From the NCBI GenBank assembly GCA_014905635.1, contig CM026547.1:2728001-2792000 (forward strand): a stretch of 64,000 bases of DNA, given 5' to 3'. The translations under genes and the position numbers were made by a program. Below are positions 1-12,473 of this stretch, one piece after another. How positions within the stretch are numbered: the stretch's first letter is position 1; each line of letters begins with the position of its first letter. The notes beneath the pieces were generated by a model. The model was not told the DNA's origin. It saw only the letters and a list, made by a program, of their open reading frames with translations, and did no database searches. The DNA is from Scenedesmus sp. PABB004. Lineage: Eukaryota.

Positions 1-43
1 TCGGCGGCGGTCGGCGCGTGGTGAGCCTCGCGGCGCACGAATT

Positions 44-48
44 TGTAA
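44..48 (+). promoter_or_regulatory. TGTAA poly(A) signal, probably of a + strand gene ending upstream of the window
   Basis: TGTAA in an AT-richer patch (ATTTGTAACAAC); UGUAA is the established chlorophyte poly(A) signal. Confidence 0.45.
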
Positions 49-91
49 CAACATTGATTGCGTCGGCGGCCTGGTGGCAGCCCGTCCGCCT

Positions 92-122
92 TGCCCAAAA
101 CTGCCCAAAACTGCCCAAAACT
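92..122. repeat. 10-bp tandem repeat (TGCCCAAAAC) x3
   Basis: Directly visible: tgcccaaaac tgcccaaaac tgcccaaaac. Confidence 0.9.
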
Positions 123-232
123 TGAGCCACCGGTGCTTCAGGCGGCGTGGATTCACTGACGCGCGTTCACGCGAGCGCGCGGTGCGCGCGCTCCTTGTTC
201 GAGTACCGCCGCCGCACAGCGCAGGGCACAGC

Positions 233-1560
233 TCAGCCCTCGATCAGCTTTGTGCGGTACCCCAGCGGCGAGGTCTTGATCGACAGCAGCTCCACGTCCA
301 CCGTGAGCGTCGCGTCGCCCGGGATCTCGCCCAGCCCGCGCTTGCCGTAGCCCTGCGGCCGAGGCGGCGCGCGGCGCGGCCTCGGCCGCCCGCCCGCGCC
401 CGCCGCAGCGTGCCGCAGCACGCGGCACACGCCGCGCCGCGCCGCGCCGCGCACCAGGTTGGGCGGCACCAGCAGCCGCCGCTGGCCGCCCACGCGCATG
501 CCGCGCACGCCCTGGCGGTCGGCAGCAGGCGCGCGTGAGGGGCGGCGCGGTGGCGGCGGCGGCGGTGCGGCGGCGGTGCGGCGGCAGCGCCCCGGCCGCG
601 CCGCACCAGGTCGATGCCCGGCAGCGTGCTGCCTGGCGCGCCCGCGGGCTGCCCCACGTCAAACCCCAGCGGGTTGCCGCCCGTCACGCCCATGCCCTGC
701 CTGCGCAGCGGCGGGCGCGATGGCGCGGCGGCACTCGCGCGTCGCACCGGCCGCGCCCGGCTCCATGCCCCCTGTCCGCCCCGCGCTCTCGCGCGCGGCG
801 CGCCCGCGCCGCCGCGCTGCGGCCCCGCCTCGCCGGCCCCGCCACGCCGGCCCCGCCGCGCCGGCGTGCGTGCGCGCGCGCGCGCGGGCGCACTGGCGCA
901 CCTGCTGGTCATGAATGTCACGCCGCGCCACTTGACGTCGATGTGCACCGCCACGCGCTCGCCGACGCGCGCCTCGGCGCCCGAGCCGACCGTGATGTCA
1001 AACAGCTTGAGGCCCTCCGGGCCGTCCGAGTACTCGGACTCGGGGATCTTGCGCCGCTTCTTCGCCAGCTCCTTCTTGAAGCCCAGCGGGTTGGACGTGA
1101 TCGCGCCCGCGCGCGCCGGCGCCGCGAGCTGCGCGGCGCCGGCCAGCCCGACCGCCGCGCCCAGTGCCAGGAGGCCGCGCCGCGTGTGCGCCGCGTCTGC
1201 GCCAGGTGCGGCGGGGGAGTTGGCCGCGGCCGGCTGGTGGCGCGGCTGGCAGGTGGCGTGGCCTCGCCTTTTGGCCGGGCAGGCGCGGCGTGGCAGTGCC
1301 GCGCGCACCCGCTGCTGCTGCTGCTGCGCTCGCGTCGGCGGGCAGGTGCACGCGCTCCAGGGCCGGAAGCCGCGGCGAGCTGAGCGCGAGAGGGGTGGGT
1401 GCGGCAGGCGCAGGGCGGGCGCGCGCCAGCGCGGGCGGCGGCGGCGGGCGCAACATCCCGAGCGCGGCGCCGGCGCGCCGGTGCCGATGCGCTTGCTGGC
1501 TGGCTGGCGGTGCGGCCAGGCGTTCTGCAGTGCGTGTGAGAACACAACGCGCCCGCACAT
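233..1560 (-). CDS. FKBP16-4: Thylakoid-lumen FKBP-type peptidyl-prolyl isomerase (FKBP16-4-like); start codon uncertain
   Basis: Exons ?-902, 700-607, 511-455, 352-233 (GT-AG) give [104 protein letters not shown]. This resembles plant FKBP16-4 as I recall it. Twin-arginine signal TRRGLLAL..ARA lies upstream. Confidence 0.85.
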
Positions 1561-1668
1561 TGTCTGGCATTGTCAGTGATTGTGAAACGCGTCGCTCGCG
1601 GCGTCCGCGCCCAGGCGTCGCGCGGCCGCGCGCCGCCGCCAGACCCGCCGACCAAGACGCGTGCCGCG

Positions 1669-2282
1669 ATGCAGTGCCTCACGTGCAACAGCGCCCTCGC
1701 TCGTCAGCGGCGCCCAGCAGCGGCGGCGCGGCGGCGCGGCAGCAGCGGCAGCGGCGCGCCAGCGGCGCGGCCACAACTCCCGGGCGGCGCGCGCCGGCGG
1801 CAGCTGCCCCCAGCGCGCGCGGGCGAGGGCGGCGGGCTGTTTGGCGGCCTGTTCAGCGGCGGTGGCGGCGGCAAGCCCGCCGCCGCTGCGGCGCCCGCGG
1901 CGGCGGCGCAGGCGCCCGCGGCGGCGGGCACGCCGGCGTCGCCGGAGCTGCCGCCGTATCAGGTGCTGCGCAGGGGCGGCGGCTACGACCTGCGGCTGTA
2001 CGGCGTGTACGCGGTGGTGGAGGTCGACTACGAGCGCCGGGAGGCCGGCTACCTCGCGCTGGGCGCGTACAAGGACGGCGCCAACGCGGACGGCGCGCGC
2101 TTCGCCTTCACCGCGCCGGTGATCATGACGTATCACCCGGACGTGCGTGCGCAGCCGCCGGCGCGCTGGCGCCGCGCTCGCGCTCGCGTTCACGCCGCGC
2201 GCGCCGGCGCCTGCGCCCGCGCTCACGCGGCGCAGGGCCGCAAGGTGATGCAGCTCATGGTCGGCTCGCGCCGCCGCGGCGG

Positions 2283-2322
<40 letters not shown>

Positions 2323-2589
2323 GACGTCGCGTCGCTGCCGGCGCCGAGCGAGCCGGGCGTGCGGCTCTCGGTCGCGGGCGGCGAGCTGGTCGCAGTGCTG
2401 CCGTTCGAGGGGTACATCACGCCCGACGCGGCGGCCGCGGCGCGCGCGCGCCTCGCGGCGGCGCTCGCCGCCGACGGCCTCGCGCTCGCGCCCGACGACG
2501 AACGCGGCACGTTTCGTTGCGCGCAGTACGGCGCGGTGCACACGCTGGAGGCGCGGCTGAACGAGCTCATGTTGGCAGTCGCAGTCTGA
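1669..2589 (+). CDS. SOUL haem-binding family protein, probably plastid-targeted
   Basis: ELPPYQVLRRGGGYDLRLY..GYLALGAYKDGAN..FTAPV..LPAPSEPGVRL..VAVLPFEG..AQY..RLNELMLAV; one 93-nt GT-AG intron at 2143-2235; Arg/Ala-rich N-terminus. Confidence 0.8.
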
Positions 2590-2939
2590 GCGAAGAGCGC
2601 GGCGGCCTCGTCGGCGCGTTGGAACCGCGTCAAAGCCCTGGCCGCTGCGCGCGGAACCGCGGCGGCACTCCAAAGCCCTGGTCGCTCGAAACAGCGGCGG
2701 CGCTCGGCTCGCAGCTCAGCACGCACAGGCGCCAGCTCAGCACAGACCACGCGCCGCGGGGGCGCCGCCGCCAGCAGCAGGCACGCCGGGCGCGCCGCGG
2801 CAGCAGCGCCGCGTCTCCTCGGCGCTGCGCCCGCAGGCCTGCGGGCGCCGCAGTGGCCGGCACATGTGGCGTGCAAGGAGGATCTCGGGACTCGAGCAGC
2901 GCGGGCGGGGGAGGGCTCGGTGACGGGCCCGGCAGCAGG

Positions 2940-5531
2940 ATGGCGCACCGCTCCCGGGATGTCCACGCGCTGCAGGCGCTCTGGCCGCCCGTGGCGCCGT
3001 CGCTGCGCGCCACGGCGCTCGCGGCCGATGGTGACATCGCGTTCGTGGGGGCAGAGGACGGCAGCATCACCTGGTGCGGCGCGAGCAGCGGCAGCGCTCG
3101 CCGCCGCGCTCGACAACCCCGCGGCGATCGCGCGCCGCGCCCCGCCTCCACGCCTCACCTCACCCGCTCGCCTGAACGCCCGGCCGCACCGCCCGCTGCA
3201 GCTGGCAGCAGCGGCCACCCCACGCGGCGGCGGACGGGCAGCAGCACGGCGCGGCGTCGCTCGAGCCGGTCGCCCTGCTGCAGCAGCACGCCCACCCGGT
3301 CGTCGCGCTCCTGCCCGGCCTGACGGGTGCGGGCAGCGGCAGTGGCGGCCGCTGGCTGCGCTGCGCTCGCGCCCTCCTCACCACGCCGCGGGCGCGCCCG
3401 CCGCCGCGGCGCCGCAGAGGAGGGCGGCGGCGGGCCCTTCCTGCTCTCCCTCGATGGTGAGGGCTGGGCGTGCCTGTGGGACACGAGCACCTGGACCTGC
3501 GCCGACGTGCAGCGCGCGGCGCCGCTACCGCCGGGCGTGGCGCCGACGCTGCTGGCCATGGTGCGGCCGCGTCCACGCGCCCCGCAGCGCCGCGCCGGGG
3601 GCTGGCGGAACAGCGCCGCCTGACCCCGCCCGCGCCCGCGCCGTCGCGCCCGCGCCCGTGCCGCCGCCAGCCCGAGGCGGCGCACGTGTGCATCATCATC
3701 CCCGCCACGCCCAGCGCCGCGGCGCAGCAGCACCTCGCGGCGCAGCACGCGGGCCGGCGGGGGCAGCAGGCGCACGCGCTCGCCGCGGCGGCGGCGGGGC
3801 ACGCGCCGATGATGCTCCTGCTCGCCTGGCGCTCGCTCGCGCTCGTCGCGGCGCCGCTCGTGGCGCCGCTGGGCGTCGTGGCGGCGACGAGCGGCGCCGC
3901 GGGGCACCACCCCGGGCCGGACGACGTCGTCGCCGCGGCGGCGCTCACGACCGCGCCCGCGCTCGCCCCCGCCGCGGCGGACACGGTCGTGCTGGCGGTC
4001 ACGCGCAGCGGCGTCATGTTTGGCGGCAGCGTGGCGGGCAGCCCCCTGCCACAGGTGCGCGAGCCGGGGCATGCGCCGCCCGGCGGTGGCGCAGCCGCCA
4101 GCCGGGGTGGGCGGTGCTGTCGCAACCCCCGCGTCGCTGCCGCTGCCCCCCCCCCACCCGCCCCATCCCACACACACGCGCCGCCGCCGCCGCCGCGTGC
4201 ACGCGCGCGACAGGCGTGGCAGCAGCCGCTGGCAGTCGACGGCAGCACGGCGCCGCTGCGCCCCGGCTGCCTGCGCGTGGTCAGCGCCGGCGGGCGTCGC
4301 AGCAGCTGCGGTGGCGCCGCGGCGGCGGGGCTGCAGCTGCAGCTGCTGGTGGTCCAGCACAACTCCTGGCGCCTGTTTGTGTGCCGCGCCTTCAGCCCAA
4401 CCAGCGGCCTGCCCGCCGCGTGGCAGCTGGCGGCGGGGCAGCAGTACGTCGGCGACGCCACGCTGCTGGCGCAGCCCTGCATCAGCAACAGTGCCTCGCC
4501 CTTTGCGCGCGACGCGCAGCGCACGCCTGGTCGGCTGGGCGCCGCGGCGCCGCGCGTACGGTTCAGCGCCTGCGACAGCGGTGACTGCAGCAGCAGCAGC
4601 GGCGGCGGCGACGACGACGACGACGACGAGGCGGCACCGCGCGGCCTGCAAGAGCAGGCCGGCGCCGCCGGGCAGCAGGAGAGCGGCAGCGAGGCGGCAG
4701 AGCCGGCCGTCAGTGAACACGGCGGCCGGGACGGGCCCTCGTTTGCCGTCTGGGGTGGCCAGCCGTCCGCGTCGAGCCTGGCGCCGAGCAGCAGCGACTG
4801 GGAGCAGCAGGCGGCGGCGCTGTGCGCGTCGTCGCCGGCGCTGGCGCAGGGCCTGGAGCGGAGCCAGTCGTCCGCGGCGTACCAGCAGCGGCCGCACCAG
4901 CAGCAGCAGCGGCCGGGGCAGCCACTGGTGCGGCTGCTCGGCGGCCTGCTGCTGGCCATGCCCAGCGGCGCGGACGGGGGCGCAGCGGCGCCCTGCCCGC
5001 CGGCCGTGGTGGTCTGGAACAACCAGGGCCTGCAGGAGCTGTGGGGCGTTGAGGCCCCCGCCGACGCGGGCGCGCCCCCGCAGCAGGCGCAGCGCCCGCC
5101 GGCGGCGCTGCTGGAGAGCCTGCAGCTGCAGCCCTGGCCGCACGCCACGCCCGTGGTGCCGCCCGCGCAGCAGGCGCTCGGCGGGTACCGCTTCCGGCAC
5201 GTCTTTGCGGCGGCCGGGCGGTGCGGCAGCTACGCCGTGCTGGCGCAGCACGAGCACGCGCTCCCGGGGCCGCTGGGCGAGCTGCAGCCTCCGGCCGTGC
5301 GGCGCGCCGACTGGCGCATCCGCCTGCTGCGCCTGCTGCCGGAGCCGCAGCGGCACCGCCACCGCCACCAGGCGGCGGCGGCGGCGCAGCAGCAGCCGGA
5401 GGCGGAGGCACAGCAGCGCTGTTTGCCGGCGGTGCGGTTGCGGGAGGTGCAGGGCAGCTGGAAGGGCGGGTGGTGCCGCGAGCACCCGTTTGATGGCGCA
5501 GAGCTCGCGAGCACAGCAGACTCGGAGCTGC

Positions 5532-5586
<55 letters not shown>

Positions 5587-8165
5587 CGAGCAGGATCAGT
5601 CGCTCTCGTTGGACAGCCAGGAGACACCGGGCGGCGGCGGCGGCAGCCGCAAGCGCCCAGCGGCCGGCGAGCTCAGCAGCTGCGGCGAGGTGCCAGACGG
5701 CGCGTCAGAGGCCGGGCCCGGCGGCGGCGGCCGCGCCAAGCACGCCTGCACCGCAGCCGGGCGCGGCGCAGCGCAGCGGGCGGCCGCGGCGGCGGCCGAG
5801 GCAGCCGCGGCGCTGCAGGAGTGGGGCCAGCAGCGCGTGACGCGGCTGCTGCTGCTGGGCAGCGACGCGCCCGGGCTGCACCAGGTCTGCGTGCTGCTGC
5901 AGTCTGGGGCGCTCCTGTTTTATGACCTCGCCACCTACTGCCTCCCGGGCGCCGCCTGGCACCCCGGCTGCGCGGCGGTGGGGCTGGGGCACACCGGGCG
6001 CGTCACCGTGACGGTGGAGCTGCTGTTCCGCTGCCCGCCCGCCGACCTGGTGGCCGGCGGCGGGGGCGGCGGCGAGGCGGGCTGCGCGCTCAGCGCCGCC
6101 GCGCGGCAGGCGCCGGGCGGCGGCAGCGGCGGCAGCCTTGCAGGGCACGGCGGTGCGGTGCCGCAGCACGGCCACGCGCAGCACCGCCACGCGGCGGGCA
6201 TGAGCGAGCGGCCGGCGCAGGGCGGCAGCGTGCCGCTGCTGCTGACGGGCGGTGCCGACGGCAGCCTGCGCGCGTGGGACTTGCGCGTCGCGCACCTGGG
6301 GCGGGCGTGGATGGCGGTGCACCCGCACACAGGTGCGGCGCACGCGACGGACAAGGGCGGCAGAGCGGCAAACAGCGCGCGCTCTGGCGCCGCCGCGCCG
6401 CCTCACCCGCCGCGCCCGCGCCCGCCCACCGCCGCAGCACCGGTGGAGTCGATTGTGCTGCCGCCGGCGTCGTCGCGGCTGCCGTGGAGCGCGTGCGTGC
6501 TGAGCGTCGACGCGCGCGGCGTGGTGGCTATGTCCTGCCTCGCCGCCGGCGCCACGCACCGCACCTTCCAGGGCTGGGGCCACGGCCCGCCCGCGCAGCT
6601 GGCGTGGAGCACGAGCAGGTGGGGCGCGCGTCCGCCGCTGGGGGCGCGGCGGACGCGCGCCGCGCGCCGACGCGCGCCCGCGCGCGACCGCAGGGGCCTG
6701 CTGGCGGCGGGCGGCTGGGACGGTGGCGGCACGTGGTGCTGCGCGGTGTGGGACGCCTACTCGGGGCAGCTCGACCGCACGCTGGCGGGCCCGCCCGCGC
6801 AAGCGCTCATGGCGGCACTTGCGCAGGAGCTGAGCGCGGGCATGCGCCACGTGCACAGCGGCGAGGGCGCGGGCGGCCCCGCGGCGGCACCGGACGCCCT
6901 GCCGCAGCAGCCCGGCGGCAGCCACTCAAGCTCGGACCTGGCCGCGCAGGCGGCGCACGGCGACGCGGGTGGCGGCGCAGCTGGCGGCTTGGCGTTTGCG
7001 CCGCGCATGCAGCTCGCGTCGCACGATGCGGGGCCGCTGCGCGCGTGCCCGGGCGGGCGGCCCGACGTGCTGCTGCTGGACCTGGACATCACTGCGCTGC
7101 TGGCGCGCCTCGAGGCGCACACGCGCCAGCAGCACCAGCTGCAGCGCGCCGCGGGCAAGCGCCGTGGTCACGCGCTCGGCCGCAGCGGCAGTGGCGACGG
7201 CGACGGCGGCGGCGTGCGCTCGCCGCTCAGCAGGCCCGCGTCGCTTGACCTCGGCGCGGCCCACGGCGGGCTGGCAGGGCTGGCGGGGCTGGCGGCGGAG
7301 CCCGGCGCGCAGAGCAGTGGCGCGCGCGACGCGTTTGGCGGGCAGGGCCTGTCGCGGCAGAGCTCGATGAGCTCGGCCGGCCACCTCACCGCCGGCGGCG
7401 GCGACGACGACGCCGGCGCGCTGCGCGCCTGGGGCGCGGCGTCGCCGGGCGTCGCCGGCGCGGGCGGCGTGGCCGCGCCCCTGCACCGGCGCGTGCCCCA
7501 GCCGCCGGCGGTGGCGCTCGCGCTGCAGGCGCTCTGCCTGCTGCACCGCTGGGGCTGCGACGCCGAGGTGGACGAGCAGCTGGTCGCGGCGCTCGCAGAC
7601 GCGGGCGTGGCGGCGGCGGCGCCGCTGCTCTCGCGGCGCATGCGACACGGCGCGTCGAGCGGTGGCCTGGCGTCGGGGGTGGCAGCCGCGCGGGCACGCC
7701 GGACGACGCAGAGCCCGCGCCCTTCGGCGGCGGCGCCGCGGCGTGGGACCTTCCCGGCGCCGACGAGAGCACCGAAGTGGCCAAGGACCGGCTGCTCGGG
7801 GCACAGCTGCACCAGCTGCTGCAGGACGTGCACGCCCACGACGACGGCGCGGCGCTCATGCGCGGCGCGCCCTGCCTCGCCCAGGAGGTGCTGGCGTCGC
7901 CCAACGGCGCGCTCGCGCTGGGCGTGCCCGCGGCCCAGGCGCCGCCACAGCTGCAGCAGCAGCAGCCCGGCTGCGCGCGCGCGCCGCGCGGCGCGCTGCT
8001 CCATACAGCGCCGTCGCTGGTGACGGCGCGGCTGCTGGCCCTGGTCGCGGTGGCCAAGTGGCTCATGGCCGTGCTGCCGGGCGCGCCGCGCGCGACTAAC
8101 GCGTCCAGCGGGCTGGTCACGCTCTACGCGCTGACCCTGCCCGACAGCCTCGCGCGCGCCGCCCG

Positions 8166-8220
<55 letters not shown>

Positions 8221-9186
8221 AGGGCCCTCTTTGACCTGCCCCTCGTCGCGAGCGCGGCGCTCGCGCCCGCCGGGCTGCTCGCCGAGGCGGCGCAGCTGCT
8301 GCTCGCTGCGCTCGTGCGGCCCGCGCCGCCCGGCACGTACGCGGTGCCCGCGCTGGCGCCGCGCGGCGTGGCGGCGCGGCAGCAGGCGCAGGCGCAGTCG
8401 CAAGCGCAGCAGCTGGCCGAGGCGGAGGGCGTTTTCGTCGCACCGGGCGCGGCGCTCGCCGCGAGCTGCTGGCCGCCCGCGGTGCTGCAGCTCGTGCTGC
8501 TGCACCGCCAGCACGCGGCGCAGGCGGCGGGCAGCGGGCCGCTGTCGCTGCGGCGCCTGCCCGAGTGGCTGCCGCTGCTGGTGCTGAGCGCCGCGGCGGC
8601 AGTGGCGCAGCCCACCCATGTGCCGCAGGAGCTGCTCGCGGCCGTGGCGGCAGGCCTCGTCGACGTGCTGCTCGGCGCCGCGCCCGGCGCCGCGAGCTGC
8701 ACCGCCGCGGCGTGGCTCGGCCAGGCGCTGCGCAGCGGGCACTGGGCGCTGTGGCGGCCCTACGTCGGCAAGCCGGCGTTCCTCATGCACCGCCTCTGTG
8801 TCAGCGTGGAGCGGCTCAACCACGGCAGCCCGGCCGGGGAGGGCGGCGCCTGCGCGCAGCAGGCGTGCGGCCTCCTGGTCGCGCAGCCGGCGGCGGTCGC
8901 GGACCCGTGCGTGCTGCTCGCGGCGGCGCCGCACGCGCGCCCGCGCTCGCCGCACCACGTCGAGGGCGGCCTGCTGGTCGCGGCGGACGCGGGCCCCCTG
9001 CCCGCCGGCGGCGGCCCGGGCGCCTGGGTGGCGGGCGGCGCGGAGCTGCTGACCAGCAGCGTCACGGGCGTGCGCTACAGCTACGGCGGCGACGGCGCGG
9101 CCCCGGCGGCGCTGGGCCCGGGCAGCCCGCCCGGCGCGCTGCCGCCGGGGCACGGCGGCCTGCCGCCGCCCGGCGCGCACCCGCAC

Positions 9187-9220
<34 letters not shown>

Positions 9221-10892
9221 TCCACCAGCAGCAGCAGCAGCTCCAGCAGCAGCAGCCGCCCGCGGCGGCACCGGGCGCAGCGCTCGCCGGGCGCGGCATG
9301 CTGGTGTCGTGGCAGCGGCACGTGCTGGATCTGCTGTCGGCACTTGCGCTGGTCGACCCCGGCGCTGTGCTGGGCGAGCTCAGCCAGCGCCTGGCCGACC
9401 CCGCCGCCGACAGCAGCAGCAGCCTGCCGCTCGTCATGAGCGGCCTCGCGCGCTTGCTGGCGCGGCCGGGCGAGCGCGGCGCGCTGGCGGCGCAGCTCGG
9501 CTTTGCGGCGGCGCTCGCGGTGCAGGCGCTCGACCCGGCGCGGCCCGCGCTGCGCAGCGCGATGTACGCGCCCGTCACCGCGCTCGTGCGCGAGGCGACG
9601 ACCTGGTTCCCCCAGGTTGCCTGCCACGCGGCGAGCCTGCAGCTCGCCGTGGGCAGCACGCGCGCGCTCGGCGCGCGGCCCAAGGAGCCCGCGCCGGCGG
9701 GGCTCACGCGCTGGTCGGGGACCGACCCCGCGTCGGGCGAGGCGGGCGGGCTCGCCGCGTTTGGCGGCAGCCGCGGCGGCGCGGGCCCGCACCTGTCAGG
9801 CGAGCTGCTGCAGGCGCCCGCCGTGGCCGTGTTTGACCTCAACGGCGGCACCAAACGAAAGGTGCTGCTGCTGCCGGTGCTGCTGCCGGACGCCGACGCG
9901 GCGGCGCACGCGCCCGGCGCGCTGGCGCCGCTGGGCGCGGGGCAGCCGCCCGCCAGCGCGAGCGCGGCCAGCCTCGCCAGCAGCAACGGCGGCCCGGCGC
10001 TCCCCCGCGGCATCCACGGCCTCTGGTCCGGCGCCGAGGGGCTGGGCGCGGAGGGCGACGAGGCCGGCGCGGCGCGCCTGGCCGGCGGCGGTGCCAGCGC
10101 CGCCAGCGCCAGCAGCCTCAGCACCGCCGCGCAGGACAGCGACAGCGACGCGGGCGCGGCGCCGCGGCCGGGCGGCGGGCTGCGCGGCGCGCTGGCCAGC
10201 AGCACGCTGACGCGCGCCGAGGCGGCGATGATGCAGCACTGGTTTGGCATCACCGGCGCGCCGCCGGGGCCGGCCGCGCGTCCAGCAGCGGCGGCGGCGG
10301 CGCGCCCGCCGTCGGCGGCGGCCACGCGCCGCTGCTGCAGGTCGGCGGCGGCCGCGCCAGCAGCGCCGGCGGCTCCGCGCCCGGCCCGCGCGCGGCGGCC
10401 GCCGCCGCGGCGCTCGACCCGTCGCTGTGGGGCGTGGCGCGGCTGCACTCCGCGCGCGCGGCGCACTACGCCACGCCAGCGACCGCGCACCTGGCGCTGC
10501 TGGGCCCGGAGCACGTGGCGTGCGGGCTCGCGGCGGTGGCGTTCAACCCGGCGGGCGACGCAGTGGTGGCGTACGTGGAGGCGGCGCGCTGCCTGGTGTT
10601 GTGGCGCCTCTCTGCGAGCTGGACGCAGAAGCTCACCAGCTTTGGCAGCGCGCGCCCCAGCACGCACCAGCCGCACGCCTACATCCCTGTGCCGGCGGAC
10701 GAGCTGCCGGCGGGCGGCGGCGGCGCGCAGCACCACGCGCACGGCGGGCACCGCCACCACCACGGCGGCGTCGGCGGTCCCGCATCGGCGGGCGGCGAGG
10801 CGTCGCCGTGGCAGCTGCGCTGGCAGGCGGAGCGGCTGGTTGACCTACTGCACCAGGGCCAGCCCTGCGTGTGCGTCGAGGTGGAGCTGTGA
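2940..10892 (+). CDS. Large WD40 protein, WDR7/WDR72 (rabconnectin-3 beta)-like, with two apparent 1-nt frameshifts
   Basis: N-terminus [50 protein letters not shown] motifs LLTGGADGSLRAWDL, VWDAYSGQLDRTL, VAVFDLNGGTK; C-terminal AVAFNPAGDAVVAY..LVLWRL. Several introns. Frame switches at G runs 7675-7679 and 10266-10269. Confidence 0.7.
5534..5578 (+). repeat. (CAG)15 microsatellite encoding poly-Gln in the WD40 gene
   Basis: Directly visible CAG run. Confidence 0.9.
8170..8220 (+). repeat. (GGC)17 microsatellite encoding poly-Gly
   Basis: Directly visible GGC run. Confidence 0.9.
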
Positions 10893-11094
10893 CGCCCATG
10901 TGGGGGAGGGCCAGCGGGGGAGCGTTGCTGCACTGAGCTTGCTGCGAGCTGAGCTTGACGTCTGGCGCAGTCGTGCCGCTGTCCCGCGCGCGCGCGCCGG
11001 GTCGCTGGTCCGGCGCTTGAACTCGCGCCGAGCACGCCCGTGCCCGCCGCGCCCACGGCAGCTTTGCAGCTGCGCCGCCGCCCCCGGCCCTCTC

Positions 11095-11153
11095 GCCCCG
11101 AGCCCGCCGCCCCCGAGCCCGCCGCCCCCGAGCCCGCCGCCCCGAGTCCGCCG
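11095..11153. repeat. 15-bp tandem repeat (CCCGAGCCCGCCGCC) ~x4 in the convergent intergenic region
   Basis: Directly visible. Confidence 0.8.
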
Positions 11154-11181
11154 CAGCCCCGCCGCGCGCGCTGTGTGTGTG

Positions 11182-12029
11182 TCACTTGTCCTCCTGCTTC
11201 TTGATCTCCGCCACGTTGAACGTGTCGCCCGCGACGCCCGTGAGCGCGATCTTGTGCACCCGCGTCGTGTCGGCGTCGTCCTGGTTGCTGTCGATCAGGA
11301 TGGACAGGATGTTGACGCTGTTGAACTGCGCGCGCCGCGCGGGCCCGGCGGTGGCGGCGGCGGCGGCGGGTCGGCGCGCGCAGCGACGACGGGAGTGCGG
11401 CGCGCGCGCCGGTTGCGCGCGCGCGGGTGCTCCGGGGCGCGCGCGCCGCGCGCCTTTGTGAGCTTGAGCGTGACCGGCTCGCCGCCGAGCTCCTTGCTGG
11501 TCAGCTCCAGCTGCTGCGCGCACAGCACCGCGTCGGCGTCGCTGAAGCCGAGGGACATGCGGTTGGTGAAGAGCTTGACCACGCGCGGTCCCTGGTCTTT
11601 GGGGCCCGTGATCGTGATCGAGTGGATGCGGACCTTCTGGTTGAAGTGGATGTTCAGCAGCAGCTGCGGCGCGTGTGCGTGGCGGGGCGGCGCGCGCGCC
11701 GCGCGTCGCGCGGGCGCCTGCGCGAGCCGCGCCAACCGCTGCAACGGAACGCACGCCCGCCGCGCCGCGCGTCGCGCCCGTGCGCGCACCTGCTCGTCCG
11801 TGTCCGACTCCAGGTACAGGCCGTCATCCTCCCGGTATCCCTGCGGCCGGCGGCGGCGCCCGTGAGCGCGGCGGGCCCGCCGCCGGCCGCGCAGCAGCGG
11901 CGGCGACGCCCCCGGCGCGCCCTGTTCGCCCCGCGCCTGCTTCAGCGCGTTGGCTGCTCCGTGGTTTGGCTGCTCGTTGAGGCATTCGAGGCAGGAGAAG
12001 TCGATGTGCTCGAGCAGGTCCTTGGCCAT
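11182..12029 (-). CDS. PITH domain-containing protein (proteasome-interacting, TXNL1 C-terminal-like)
   Basis: Exons 12029-11937, 11840-11790, 11663-11454, 11325-11182: MAKDLLEHIDFSCLECLNE..YLESDTDEQLLLNIHFNQKVRIHSI..GPRVVKLFTN..LKLTKFNSVNILSILIDSNQ; introns 1 and 3 are GC-AG. Confidence 0.9.
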
Positions 12030-12473
12030 TTTCAACGGCGCCGCTGCAGCTGGGTGCGCCGTGTGCGGGCGTGGCGGTGCAGGGCGGTGGAGGGGGCGAA
12101 GAACTGCGCGCTCGGCGTGCCCGCGACGCACGCGGGCGCGGCGGCGCTGCGGCGCGGCTGCTGAGCCCCGAGACCGCACGCCGTGCCCCTACGGCGCCTG
12201 CTGCGCCCGCCAGTGCTGCTCACCCCCCGCCGTCTCGCTCTGGCCTCCCTCGCGCGCTCCGCCCGGACGTCCGCGCGCGCGCCACGGCCGCCGCTGCCGC
12301 GCGCCCGCTGCTGCCGCCGCGCCATGCGCAGCCGTCGCCGACAGCAGCGAGGCGGCCTGCGCTGAGCAGTGGCGGTGTGCTGCCTGTGAGCAGCCGCACC
12401 GGCAAGCGGGGCGGGCGAGCAGCGGCGGCGCGTGCGCCCGCGCCCGCGCCTGCAGCAGCGGGCGCGGCGCGCG

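Noticed and set aside
92..122. Telomere-like CCCAAAA repeats
   Set aside because: The period is 10 bp with only three copies and does not match TTTAGGG/TTTTAGGG arrays
7670..7685. Canonical programmed -1 ribosomal frameshift site
   Set aside because: No X XXY YYZ heptamer with A/U-rich Y; sequencing error is more parsimonious
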